A DNA stretch of 58,406 nucleotides from an uncultured Candidatus Saccharibacteria bacterium (lineage in GTDB: Bacteria; Patescibacteriota; Minisyncoccia; 2-02-FULL-40-12; GWA2-44-9). The position numbers and the translations under genes were made by a program. The notes under the pieces are model-generated. The model made no database searches. It saw only the letters and a program-made list of their open reading frames with translations, and was not told where the DNA came from. This document shows positions 20,581 to 28,023 of the stretch, piece by piece (position 1 is the stretch's first letter; the number at the start of each line of letters is the position of its first letter). The DNA is taken from contig CAZENF010000004.1 in the NCBI GenBank assembly GCA_964513645.1, positions 1 through 58,406 of the forward strand, written 5' to 3'.

Positions 20581-20656
20581 ATCCCGTACGAAGTAGCCTC
20601 GCCGAGGTCCCCTTAAGGACTCGTGCCAAAGGCACGAGCGAGACTTCGTACGGGAT
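20581..20656. repeat. TIR hairpin element, copy 1 (76 nt)
   Basis: ATCCCGTACGAAGT (20581-20594) and ACTTCGTACGGGAT (20643-20656) form a perfect 14-bp inverted repeat. The interior folds as a CTCGC/GCGAG stem plus two hairpins. Confidence 0.85.
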
Positions 20657-20695
20657 TACTTTTTTATAATCAATTACTTCGTTCTTGAATAAAAA

Positions 20696-21163
20696 CTACC
20701 ACGCAAAATGAGCAAAGGCCTTGTTGGCCTCAGCCATACGATGAACATCATTTCTTTTCTTAACGGCATTTCCGGTATTGTTCGAGGCATTAATTAATTC
20801 TTCGGCTAACTTTTCGCTCATTGGTTTGCCTTTTTGAGAACGGGCCGCTTCAATTATCCAACGCAAGGCGAGGGCAGTCTTTCTTTCAGGCCTGACTTCG
20901 ACTGGGACCTGGTAGTTTGCACCGCCGATCCGGCGGGAACGCAGCTCCATCTGAGGAGTGACATTGTTCATGGCTTTTTCAAAAATTTCTAAAGCCGGCT
21001 TTTCAGTTTTCTTTTCAATGATGTCAAAAGCATCGTAAGTAACTCTCAAGGCCACGGCCTTTTTGCCGCTTTGCATAATGTAATTGATAAGTTTGGCGAT
21101 CAAAAGATTCGAATATTTAATATCCGGTTCGATTTGGGCTCTTTTTTTGACTGGACGACGCAT
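20696..21163 (-). CDS. rpsG: 30S ribosomal protein S7
   Basis: 155 aa ending ...NKAFAHFAW. Confidence 0.95.
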   Translation of the reverse strand: MRRPVKKRAQIEPDIKYSNLLIAKLINYIMQSGKKAVALRVTYDAFDIIEKKTEKPALEIFEKAMNNVTPQMELRSRRIGGANYQVPVEVRPERKTALALRWIIEAARSQKGKPMSEKLAEELINASNNTGNAVKKRNDVHRMAEANKAFAHFAW

Positions 21164-21181
21164 AGTTTAAAGTATTTAAAA

Positions 21182-21592
21182 TTATTTAGGCCTTTTGGCT
21201 CCGTATTTAGAACGTTCCTGTCTTCTTCCTTCAACACCGGTAGAATCCAATACACCTCTAACTATATGATATCTTATACCAGGCAAATCTTTAACCCTGC
21301 CTCCGCGGAGCATAACCACGGAGTGTTCTTGTAAATTATGCCCGACACCGGGAATATAAGCAGTTACTTCCATACCGTTGGTTAAACGGACCCTGGCAAC
21401 TTTTCTCAAGGCCGAGTTAGGTTTCTTAGGAGTCATCGTTTTTACCTGAAGACAAACTCCCCTCTTAAACGAAGAAGGATAATATTTCGGGCGGTTCTGC
21501 AAAGTATTGAAACCGAACTCCAAAGCCGGCGACTTTGTTTTCGCTCTGGTAACTTTCCGAGGCTTCTTTAGTAATTGTCTGAATGTAGGCAT
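21182..21592 (-). CDS. rpsL: 30S ribosomal protein S12
   Basis: 136 aa with [10 protein letters not shown] and ...[15 protein letters not shown].... Confidence 0.97.
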   Translation of the reverse strand: MPTFRQLLKKPRKVTRAKTKSPALEFGFNTLQNRPKYYPSSFKRGVCLQVKTMTPKKPNSALRKVARVRLTNGMEVTAYIPGVGHNLQEHSVVMLRGGRVKDLPGIRYHIVRGVLDSTGVEGRRQERSKYGAKRPK

Positions 21593-21618
21593 ATAAAAAG
21601 ACCTTGAAGGTCGTGGTC

Positions 21619-21648
21619 AGTATATCAGATGAATGTATAAATTGTCAA
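21619..21648 (-). promoter_or_regulatory. Promoter candidate for rpsL, TTGACA-18-TATACT
   Basis: rc 21643-21648 is TTGACA and rc 21619-21624 is TATACT. It lies directly after the upstream gene's stop. Confidence 0.5.
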
Positions 21649-21649
21649 T

Positions 21650-22270
21650 TTAACCGGTGAGGCCAGTAACGAGGTGGAATATCCAAAATATAAGCGGGGA
21701 AGCGAAGAACATAAAGACTATCAAAAACACCGGAAATATGAATAAGGTATTTTTATATAAAAAAGTTTTGAAGGAGTCGAACTTGGGAGGCAAAAGAGTC
21801 ATCAACAGCCAGTGCCCATCAAGCGGCGGAACTGGAAACATATTAAATACCGCCAAGGAAAGATTTAAAAGAACTATCCTTGAAAAAAGGTCAACAACAG
21901 AAGCGGAGCCGATAAAGCCTTCGGCAAAACGCAAGGTAAACCCGAAAAGAAGCGCTAAAACGAGATTTGAAGCAGGGCCGGCAAGGGCAACCTTAACAGG
22001 ACCATACTTTCTGTCATCGAGATTGTTAGGATTATAAGGAACCGGTTTGGCATAACCAAAAGCAAAACCTGTGGCCATATAAAGAATGAACGGCAAAATT
22101 ATCGAACCAAAAAGATCCAGGTGTTTTAAGGGATTCAAGCTCAAACGGCCAAGGTCTTTGGCCGTTGTATCACCTAAAGAATTTGCCATTAGGCCGTGAG
22201 AAACCTCGTGTATTGTAACAGAATATAGAATGACTATTATGTAGAAAATAGGTAGTATTAAAGTCTCCAT
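21650..22270 (-). CDS. Site-2 protease family (M50) membrane metalloprotease
   Basis: HEVSHG plus NMFPVPPLDG in a polytopic protein. I place the start at METLIL (ATG 22270). The ORF-track extension to 22423 reads through repeat copy 2. Confidence 0.8.
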   Translation of the reverse strand: METLILPIFYIIVILYSVTIHEVSHGLMANSLGDTTAKDLGRLSLNPLKHLDLFGSIILPFILYMATGFAFGYAKPVPYNPNNLDDRKYGPVKVALAGPASNLVLALLFGFTLRFAEGFIGSASVVDLFSRIVLLNLSLAVFNMFPVPPLDGHWLLMTLLPPKFDSFKTFLYKNTLFIFPVFLIVFMFFASPLIFWIFHLVTGLTG

Positions 22271-22344
22271 CCTGTACGAAGTAGCCTCCGCCGAGGTCTC
22301 TAAAGAGACTCGCGACTTCGTCGCGAGCGAGACTTCGTACGGGA
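22269..22344. repeat. TIR hairpin element, copy 2 (76 nt)
   Basis: Arms are ATCCTGTACGAAGT and ACTTCGTACGGGA. It has the same architecture as copy 1, with compensatory changes in both internal hairpins. Confidence 0.85.
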
Positions 22345-22351
22345 CCAGTAC

Positions 22352-22380
22352 TTGAAATGTTAGCAAGTTTGATGTAGAAT
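22352..22380 (+). promoter_or_regulatory. Promoter candidate TTGAAA-17-TAGAAT toward rpmB
   Basis: 22352-22357 is TTGAAA and 22375-22380 is TAGAAT. A mirror-image candidate, TTTACA-17-TAACAT, sits on the minus strand at 22357-22385. Confidence 0.4.
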
Positions 22381-22432
22381 GTAAAACACAAATTAAATAC
22401 GTATTGACTAACATCGACCCCAAATATTTCTA

Positions 22433-22484
22433 ACAGATAATCTTATCGGCTACGGTCGTTACGGCGACCGGCCGATTATCTGTT
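22433..22484 (+). promoter_or_regulatory. rpmB leader hairpin 1 (52 nt)
   Basis: Arms AACAGATAATC and GATTATCTGTT form a perfect 11-bp stem. Inside are the CGGCT/GGCCG and GGTCG/CGACC stems. Confidence 0.5.
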
Positions 22485-22487
22485 ACC

Positions 22488-22598
22488 GATGAATTCTGGT
22501 AAAGAAGCAAATCTCTACAGAGAGCAATCTCGGCTAAAGCTCAAGATGCACTACGAGACGGAAGCAACAAGGCAGGGACTTCTTTACCAAAATTCATC
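22488..22598 (+). promoter_or_regulatory. rpmB leader hairpin 2 (111 nt)
   Basis: The 20-nt arms GATGAATTCTGGTAAAGAAG and CTTCTTTACCAAAATTCATC match at 19 of 20 positions. Confidence 0.5.
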
Positions 22599-22626
22599 TG
22601 AAATATGTTGTGGCCCCTCGACGTAA

Positions 22627-22812
22627 ATGGCTACACGTTGTCCAAATTGCGGCAAAAAACCGACGATGGTCACAACTCGCAAGCTTTTGCGTGGTCATTA
22701 TAATCCGACCTCACGCTCAAGGCGCTACCCCAATCTCCAATGGGCTAAAATAGGCGGTGAAAGGATAAAGATTTGCACTGATTGCATCAAGACTCTACAT
22801 AAGGCACAATAG
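22627..22812 (+). CDS. rpmB: 50S ribosomal protein L28, zinc-ribbon form
   Basis: 61 aa with CPNCGKKP...RRYPNLQ...ICTDCIK, matching the L28 pattern (N-terminal CxxC-GK, PNLQ, C-terminal CxxC). Confidence 0.6.
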   Translation: MATRCPNCGKKPTMVTTRKLLRGHYNPTSRSRRYPNLQWAKIGGERIKICTDCIKTLHKAQ

Positions 22813-22816
22813 GAGA

Positions 22817-23272
22817 ATGGAAAAGACTCCTTCTCTCGAGATATACAACCTCGAAACCCTCAGCGCCCAGAGCAAAATGAGATATATTTTGGAAATTTTT
22901 GATTTGGGGAAAGACAAAGAGAAGAATAATGAAAGAAAAGAAAAATTCATGGACCTAATAAGACAGTATCGCGAGTTAGCAACCCAAAAAAATAAAAAAA
23001 CCAAAGAAATGATATACGGTTCAGACACGGAAAGGAAAAAAGTACACGACAAGATAATGGATATTATAATCAAAATGTCCATGTCTGTAGGACTTTCAGA
23101 AGACCAGAGAAGGTTAACAGAATACCTCGCTAACAACCGTGATGAGGTAGAAATGATGATAAAAGGATACTTTATGGTTAGCGCCCCGGTTACAGTTAAC
23201 TCAAGTGAGTATTTAAAAATGAAAGAGCAATTAAATGCTCTCGGCAGCAATACAGGACCCGAAGAAGAATAG
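22817..23272 (+). CDS. Hypothetical K/E-rich 151-aa protein
   Basis: ORF begins 5 nt after rpmB. The antisense ORF at 22795-23367 is considered spurious. Confidence 0.5.
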   Translation: MEKTPSLEIYNLETLSAQSKMRYILEIFDLGKDKEKNNERKEKFMDLIRQYRELATQKNKKTKEMIYGSDTERKKVHDKIMDIIIKMSMSVGLSEDQRRLTEYLANNRDEVEMMIKGYFMVSAPVTVNSSEYLKMKEQLNALGSNTGPEEE

Positions 23273-23286
23273 ATTAGGTTAATTCT

Positions 23287-23357
23287 CGGACCGTCGGATA
23301 ATGGTAGTCCGTACCCTTGGGGTGGGTATAGCCCGAGTTCGATTCTCGGCGGTCCGA
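23287..23357 (+). tRNA. tRNA-Pro (GGG)
   Basis: Cloverleaf: acceptor CGGACCG/CGGTCCG, D stem GGAT/GTCC, anticodon stem TACCC/GGGTA with loop TTGGGGT, T arm CCGAG-TTCGATT-CTCGG, discriminator A. No CCA is encoded. Confidence 0.85.
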
Positions 23358-23363
23358 CATTCA

Positions 23364-23399
23364 TCACCTAAAAACCGCTTTCAAGCGGTTTTTAGGTGA
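23364..23399. terminator. Bidirectional terminator hairpin
   Basis: TCACCTAAAAACCGC-TTTCAA-GCGGTTTTTAGGTGA. Confidence 0.7.
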
Positions 23400-23568
23400 T
23401 CCCTCTGATATTCGCTAAGGCTTTAGCAATTTACCAAAGATGGATGTTCGCAATGTAATCTGTCAGAATCCGAGAGGTTTCATCAAAATTACAAGATTTA
23501 GAACTTCCGGGTATAATTATTTGTCCTAAAGCTTGGGCAAAAACAGAAGGACTAATTTGATTATAGCA

Positions 23569-24042
23569 TTAAATCTCGTCCTCAGCGTAGTAGAAGTGGA
23601 TATCCGGTCTGGAATAATTAAAAAGTTCTTTACTGCTAAAAAATATAGCTATTTCCCTCTTGGCGGCCTTCAAATCTTCAGACGAATGGATGATGTTGTT
23701 GGAAACGGACATACCGAAATCCCCTCTTATTGTCCCGGCCGAAGCATTTTTACCGTCGGTCGGTCCGCAAATCGCCCGCACAACCTTAACAACTTCCAGA
23801 CCTTCCAGGACAACGAGTATCACCGGCAATGATTTCATAAACTTCTTGAGCTTGGGCAAAAAATGCTTACCTTTGTGTTGAGCGTAATGCCTGTCCAGCA
23901 ATAAATCCGACATTTTTATCATTTTCACACCCACTGGCCGGATACCTTTTCTCTCGAACCGATGTAAAATTTCACCGACCAATCCGCGGTGGACCGCATC
24001 GGGTTTTAAAATCACAAGCGTACGTTCTTTAATTTTTGCCAT
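23569..24042 (-). CDS. ndk: Nucleoside diphosphate kinase
   Basis: RTLVILKPDAV and ...NIIHSSED motifs. Confidence 0.92.
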   Translation of the reverse strand: MAKIKERTLVILKPDAVHRGLVGEILHRFERKGIRPVGVKMIKMSDLLLDRHYAQHKGKHFLPKLKKFMKSLPVILVVLEGLEVVKVVRAICGPTDGKNASAGTIRGDFGMSVSNNIIHSSEDLKAAKREIAIFFSSKELFNYSRPDIHFYYAEDEI

Positions 24043-24043
24043 A

Positions 24044-24883
24044 TTATTGTTTTAAAATTTTATAATTAATCCCGTCACTTATCAGCTTGATCTCGCCCCC
24101 GGAAACATTCTGATAATACTTTATACCATAATCATCGAGTAATTTCAAAACATCTCCCGACTCACCAGATATTATTGCAGTTCGCGGATTTACTGCAGAA
24201 ATAAATTCTTCGGGCATTTTTGAACCTGAAAAATATATAACATCGGATTTTATATCCGTGCCGTTCATGATCATCGAGCGTTCTGACAAAGGGCTCATGT
24301 TCCCGCTTATCATTAGTCTTAGAGATTTATAAAACAGCATCAGGCCGATATTCGCATTGCCTTTTTTATCAGTTCCTGCATCAAAAGAACCAGAAGAATA
24401 AACAACCTTAAGAGAGAGGTCACCGACATCTATTGTTTTGCCGGCGAGGGCTTCTGTCGTTCTTATTTTATTTTTAGTAATCAGGTCCTGCCAAGATTTG
24501 GATTGAGGTGAATCATCGGAATTCTTGGCTTCAAGAATATCGCCTGCTCGATACCGATTAAGAACACTAATCAAACCTCCCAGGTGAATATGGTCGGTAA
24601 CCACAACCAAGTCGATAGTTTTGTCATAAAAGGGCATTAATTCACCTAATTTTTGTAATATCGTATTGTCATTCCCGCCGTCTATAAGAATGTGGGTTCC
24701 TTTGGGAGTTTCGATAAAAACACTCCCTTGCCCAAGACTAATGAAATATATTTTAAGCAGTCCGTCTTTTTGACTGAAAACGCTGTTCAAAGAATAAGAA
24801 AAAACCACTAAGCAAAGAACTGCTATCAAATGCTTCATTGAAAGATTTTTTGGCTGCATTGAGCTTAAATAACATAAATTCAT
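24044..24883 (-). CDS. Secreted MBL-fold (ComEC C-terminal-like) hydrolase
   Basis: LKIYFISLGQGSVFIETPKGTHILIDGG...VVVTDHIHLGG, with an N-terminal signal/TM segment. Confidence 0.7.
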   Translation of the reverse strand: MNLCYLSSMQPKNLSMKHLIAVLCLVVFSYSLNSVFSQKDGLLKIYFISLGQGSVFIETPKGTHILIDGGNDNTILQKLGELMPFYDKTIDLVVVTDHIHLGGLISVLNRYRAGDILEAKNSDDSPQSKSWQDLITKNKIRTTEALAGKTIDVGDLSLKVVYSSGSFDAGTDKKGNANIGLMLFYKSLRLMISGNMSPLSERSMIMNGTDIKSDVIYFSGSKMPEEFISAVNPRTAIISGESGDVLKLLDDYGIKYYQNVSGGEIKLISDGINYKILKQ

Positions 24884-24884
24884 G

Positions 24885-24911
24885 AAAAAATAAAAGCCGC
24901 TTTTGGCGGCT
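24885..24911 (-). terminator. Intrinsic terminator
   Basis: The minus strand reads AGCCGCCAAAAGCGGCTTTTATTTTTTC. Confidence 0.6.
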
Positions 24912-24913
24912 GG

Positions 24914-25702
24914 TTATTTACAGGTCTGAGAAATTTCCGGAAAACTTTCAAACTCTCCCGTAAAATGATTAAAGACAAATGAACTGTTCCATTCAAAACA
25001 ATGTAAAGGCCTGGCAAAATCTGTTTTTTCATAGCTCACAGATTTAGGAACATCTTTGGTTCTATAAATACAGGTCCGGAACTGCAAAGAAATATTGTGC
25101 CCAATACCCTGTTCGTAAAAAGCACTGCCCGGATGATCAACGATATAAAGCTGGGGATATTTGGGTTTTTTCTGTCCGTATAAGAGTTCAGTATCAGTAG
25201 CAAATGAACCACGTACTTTATTCCAACGGTAACCGTAAAACCTGGACCTGCCCGGGACAGTCGAATAAACCGGGTCCGGATCATAAGAATCGAGTGTCCA
25301 TTCCGGAAAATTAAATGGTACGTTGTCGTATGTTCTCGGATAAACTACGTCATAATAAAATCGAACATCTCCGTCGACAAGTTGCGACGAAAAATCACAA
25401 CCCTTGATGAATTGGACAAATACATATTTTTCAAGCTCGGTTGTTGAATTAGTTGTATATCTGGCAAAAAAACGCGTTCCATAATTATCTCCTTCACTGA
25501 TATTTATTTTGTAATTTTCTACAATATATTCGACCGTCTTCAAACTACAAGTCCGAGTAATATGGCAATTGGTATTCGTAAATACCGAAATTTTGTGATC
25601 GAGAATTGTCAGGAGACTTTCCTGTGCTTTAATACAAAAACTTAAAAGCAAGACAAAAATCAGAGCAGAGATTATTACCCTCACCTGATCCTCTTTTCCC
25701 AA
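24914..25702 (-). CDS. Hypothetical secreted Cys-containing protein
   Basis: 262-aa ORF with a signal-like N-terminus (VIISALIFVLLLSFCIKAQE). It overlaps the upstream ORF by 22 nt. Confidence 0.6.
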   Translation of the reverse strand: MGKEDQVRVIISALIFVLLLSFCIKAQESLLTILDHKISVFTNTNCHITRTCSLKTVEYIVENYKINISEGDNYGTRFFARYTTNSTTELEKYVFVQFIKGCDFSSQLVDGDVRFYYDVVYPRTYDNVPFNFPEWTLDSYDPDPVYSTVPGRSRFYGYRWNKVRGSFATDTELLYGQKKPKYPQLYIVDHPGSAFYEQGIGHNISLQFRTCIYRTKDVPKSVSYEKTDFARPLHCFEWNSSFVFNHFTGEFESFPEISQTCK

Positions 25703-26265
25703 TCACCGGGAATATATTTTTTTACTTTCTGACCTTCGATCCCCATTACCGGTCCGTTCAGTTCAAAAACCGTTTTACGTCCGACTTTTACTTTCACCCA
25801 CTGGCTACCGTTAGAGTATCCCGATTCCTGACGACGAAATTGAATAGAAAAATTTTCACTCTGATATTGCATCTGAAGCCAGCGTGAGAAGGGATGGCTG
25901 CCGCGGTCAATTATCTTAGAATCAGGGTTCTTGTCCACGAATTGCATACATTTCAAAGCAAGACCGGACATTTTAAATTGCTGTTGGTCGAATTCTTCTT
26001 TTTCGGCCTCCACTTTTTTAAGTTCTGTCCAAGTTTTTTCTCTTTCGGCCAATATGGCTAAATATTTTTGGTTGAGCTTTTTCAGTTCTTCTTCCGAGAT
26101 ACCAACTTCTTTTAGTTTGCTCAGTCTGACATTAATTGATGCTTTAATAACCTCCGGATCAGATATTTTAGCAAGTATTTTACCTATATAATCGTTGGAG
26201 ACTAAAAGAGTGGCAGACCGGATGAGACAAAAAGCTGAAGCGTCACGGCCGGATATAGTTCCCAA
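25681..26265 (-). CDS. Hypothetical 194-aa protein (TTG start)
   Basis: ORF with a central coiled-coil. I recognise no family. Confidence 0.5.
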   Translation of the reverse strand: MGTISGRDASAFCLIRSATLLVSNDYIGKILAKISDPEVIKASINVRLSKLKEVGISEEELKKLNQKYLAILAEREKTWTELKKVEAEKEEFDQQQFKMSGLALKCMQFVDKNPDSKIIDRGSHPFSRWLQMQYQSENFSIQFRRQESGYSNGSQWVKVKVGRKTVFELNGPVMGIEGQKVKKYIPGDWEKRIR

Positions 26266-26301
26266 AATTCACCTGTTTTTTTATGAACTGGACACAAGTT
26301 A

Positions 26302-27648
26302 TCAAAATGTGGCTAAATATTCAACTATGTTTAGTTGGTAGGTTGTTATCGCCCAGGCAACGTATCCGAATATTTGTCCGGCCGATCGGGACAAAAGGCC
26401 GGCTAAACCGGTAACAAATCCGGCCAGCATTGCCGCCGGAACAAAAGGCAGTATAAGGATATTCGCCGGTAAAGCTACGGCCGAGAACTGGTTAAAATAA
26501 TATATAAGCAAAGGCAGTACAACAATCTGGGCGGAAACGGTCATTAAAACAAGTTCTTTCAGACCACCTATATCCGGAACTTTATTTAATTTTGATTCAA
26601 GTTGAGGATAAATATAAATCAAACCCAGGACCGCGGCGAATGAGAGCTGGAAGCCGACGTCAAAAACCAAAACATAAGGATTGAACCAGACCATCAATCC
26701 TCCGGCAAGAATTATTGAATTTTTCTGGTCATAAAGACGCCCATAGGCGTTGGCTGACAATAATATGAGTCCCATAACCGACGCTCTGACCACCGAAGCT
26801 GATGCGCCGGTCAAGATGGTAAACAAAATTATCATCAGAACTGTGATCCAGAAAGCTGTCCGCCGCCGGAAGAGCCAAACCAGGCCTAAAAGCAAAAACT
26901 CTGACAAAATTGTAATATTATAACCCGAGATGGCAAGAACATGGGTCGTACTCGTTTTATTAAAATCATTCTGCAGGTCTTTCGGGATATTCTGCCTCGA
27001 ACCCAGTAAAATCCCGTTAACAAACGAGGCATTCGGTTCGGGTAGCGAATTATCTATCGATGCTTCGAAGCTTTGTTTAATTTCGAAAATCTTTCGGTAA
27101 ACGTGGATTTTATACTTATCACTCAAACCAGGATTAAATTCACTTCCGCTGATACCAGGATAGGACATTATGGTCCTTACACCTTCCTTTTTTAAATAAG
27201 TTATATAATCAAAATTATCAAAATTTTTAGGCAACTGGATCTTCCCTTCAAGTCTAAGAAGGTCGCCAAACTGACGTTCAGGATAAGCTCCAGTGGTCAC
27301 TAAGATGTTATCTCCTTCGTCAGTCCGGAGGATAAATTTCATTTTATTGCCGTCGGACTCGGGTTCATTGTTAATATAGCCATTAACAACAATGTTCCGG
27401 CCGGCCATATTTTCCAACCCGCTCCGATACGAACTGACTTGATCGAAACGGGCAATTCCGACAGCAAATGAAAGTAAAATAAACCCTGATAAGATAAAAT
27501 ATTTATTCTTAGCCGAAATTACGAACAGAGATATCCCTGCCAGAGTTAAAAACAAAACAACCGATAATGAGATTGGGAACAGTGAAGTAACAAAAACCCC
27601 GCCAAGAAACGAGGCTATTAAGTAAAAGAATATCTGGGATTTATGCAC
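26302..27648 (-). CDS. comEC: ComEC/Rec2 competence channel, N-terminal and membrane domains only
   Basis: 448-aa polytopic protein with a ComEC-like core (...TSTTHVLAISGYNITIL...) and no MBL domain. Confidence 0.8.
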   Translation of the reverse strand: MHKSQIFFYLIASFLGGVFVTSLFPISLSVVLFLTLAGISLFVISAKNKYFILSGFILLSFAVGIARFDQVSSYRSGLENMAGRNIVVNGYINNEPESDGNKMKFILRTDEGDNILVTTGAYPERQFGDLLRLEGKIQLPKNFDNFDYITYLKKEGVRTIMSYPGISGSEFNPGLSDKYKIHVYRKIFEIKQSFEASIDNSLPEPNASFVNGILLGSRQNIPKDLQNDFNKTSTTHVLAISGYNITILSEFLLLGLVWLFRRRTAFWITVLMIILFTILTGASASVVRASVMGLILLSANAYGRLYDQKNSIILAGGLMVWFNPYVLVFDVGFQLSFAAVLGLIYIYPQLESKLNKVPDIGGLKELVLMTVSAQIVVLPLLIYYFNQFSAVALPANILILPFVPAAMLAGFVTGLAGLLSRSAGQIFGYVAWAITTYQLNIVEYLATF

Positions 27649-27786
27649 GCGGGAACCTTAGCAGAATTTAATAAATTTAAAAAGGCCTTTTAGGCCTTTC
27701 GTAATTCGACTAAACCTTTCAAATCAAGACGAACCACCTAAAAGATACTTTATAGATTATAATTTTTTATTCGATTAAAGCAACCT

Positions 27787-27820
27787 AAACAGAAAGGCGG
27801 GATCACCCGCCTTTCTGTTT
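27787..27820 (-). terminator. Strong hairpin terminator after the RNR gene
   Basis: AAACAGAAAGGCGGG-ATCA-CCCGCCTTTCTGTTT, with a 14-15 bp stem. Confidence 0.7.
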
Positions 27821-27873
27821 ATTAAATTGACCATAATTTAAGCTATATCCTATCTCCCATAAATTAGCCGTGC

Positions 27874-27971
27874 GTTTAGTCAAGTTCGAGGCGCAGCCGA
27901 GGAGCGAACTGAGTCATAGTAAAACTATGATGAAGGAGCACTGCAGGCCGCAACGAAGAAATTGACTAAAC
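27874..27971. promoter_or_regulatory. 98-nt imperfect palindrome carrying the conserved TCATAGT-N3-ACTATGA core
   Basis: Arms are GTTTAGTCAA and TTGACTAAAC. The core CTGAGTCATAGTAAAACTATGATGAAG (27909-27935) recurs at 52236-52261. Confidence 0.55.
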
Positions 27972-28023
27972 CCTTGTGGCTTGCTGTGAGCTTCATTCTT
28001 TAAGAAGCCCGGCAAGCGCACAG

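Noticed and set aside
22271-22423. N-terminal extension of the M50 protease ORF (and similarly 41894-41908 for hppA, 10590-10631 for rpmC, 35340-35378 for rpsU).
   Set aside because: The extensions are translations of the palindromic or TIR elements. Conserved N-termini begin at the internal Met codons.
22795-23367. 190-aa minus-strand ORF.
   Set aside because: It is antisense to the better-supported 22817-23272 ORF, runs through tRNA-Pro, and has a low-complexity hydrophobic translation.
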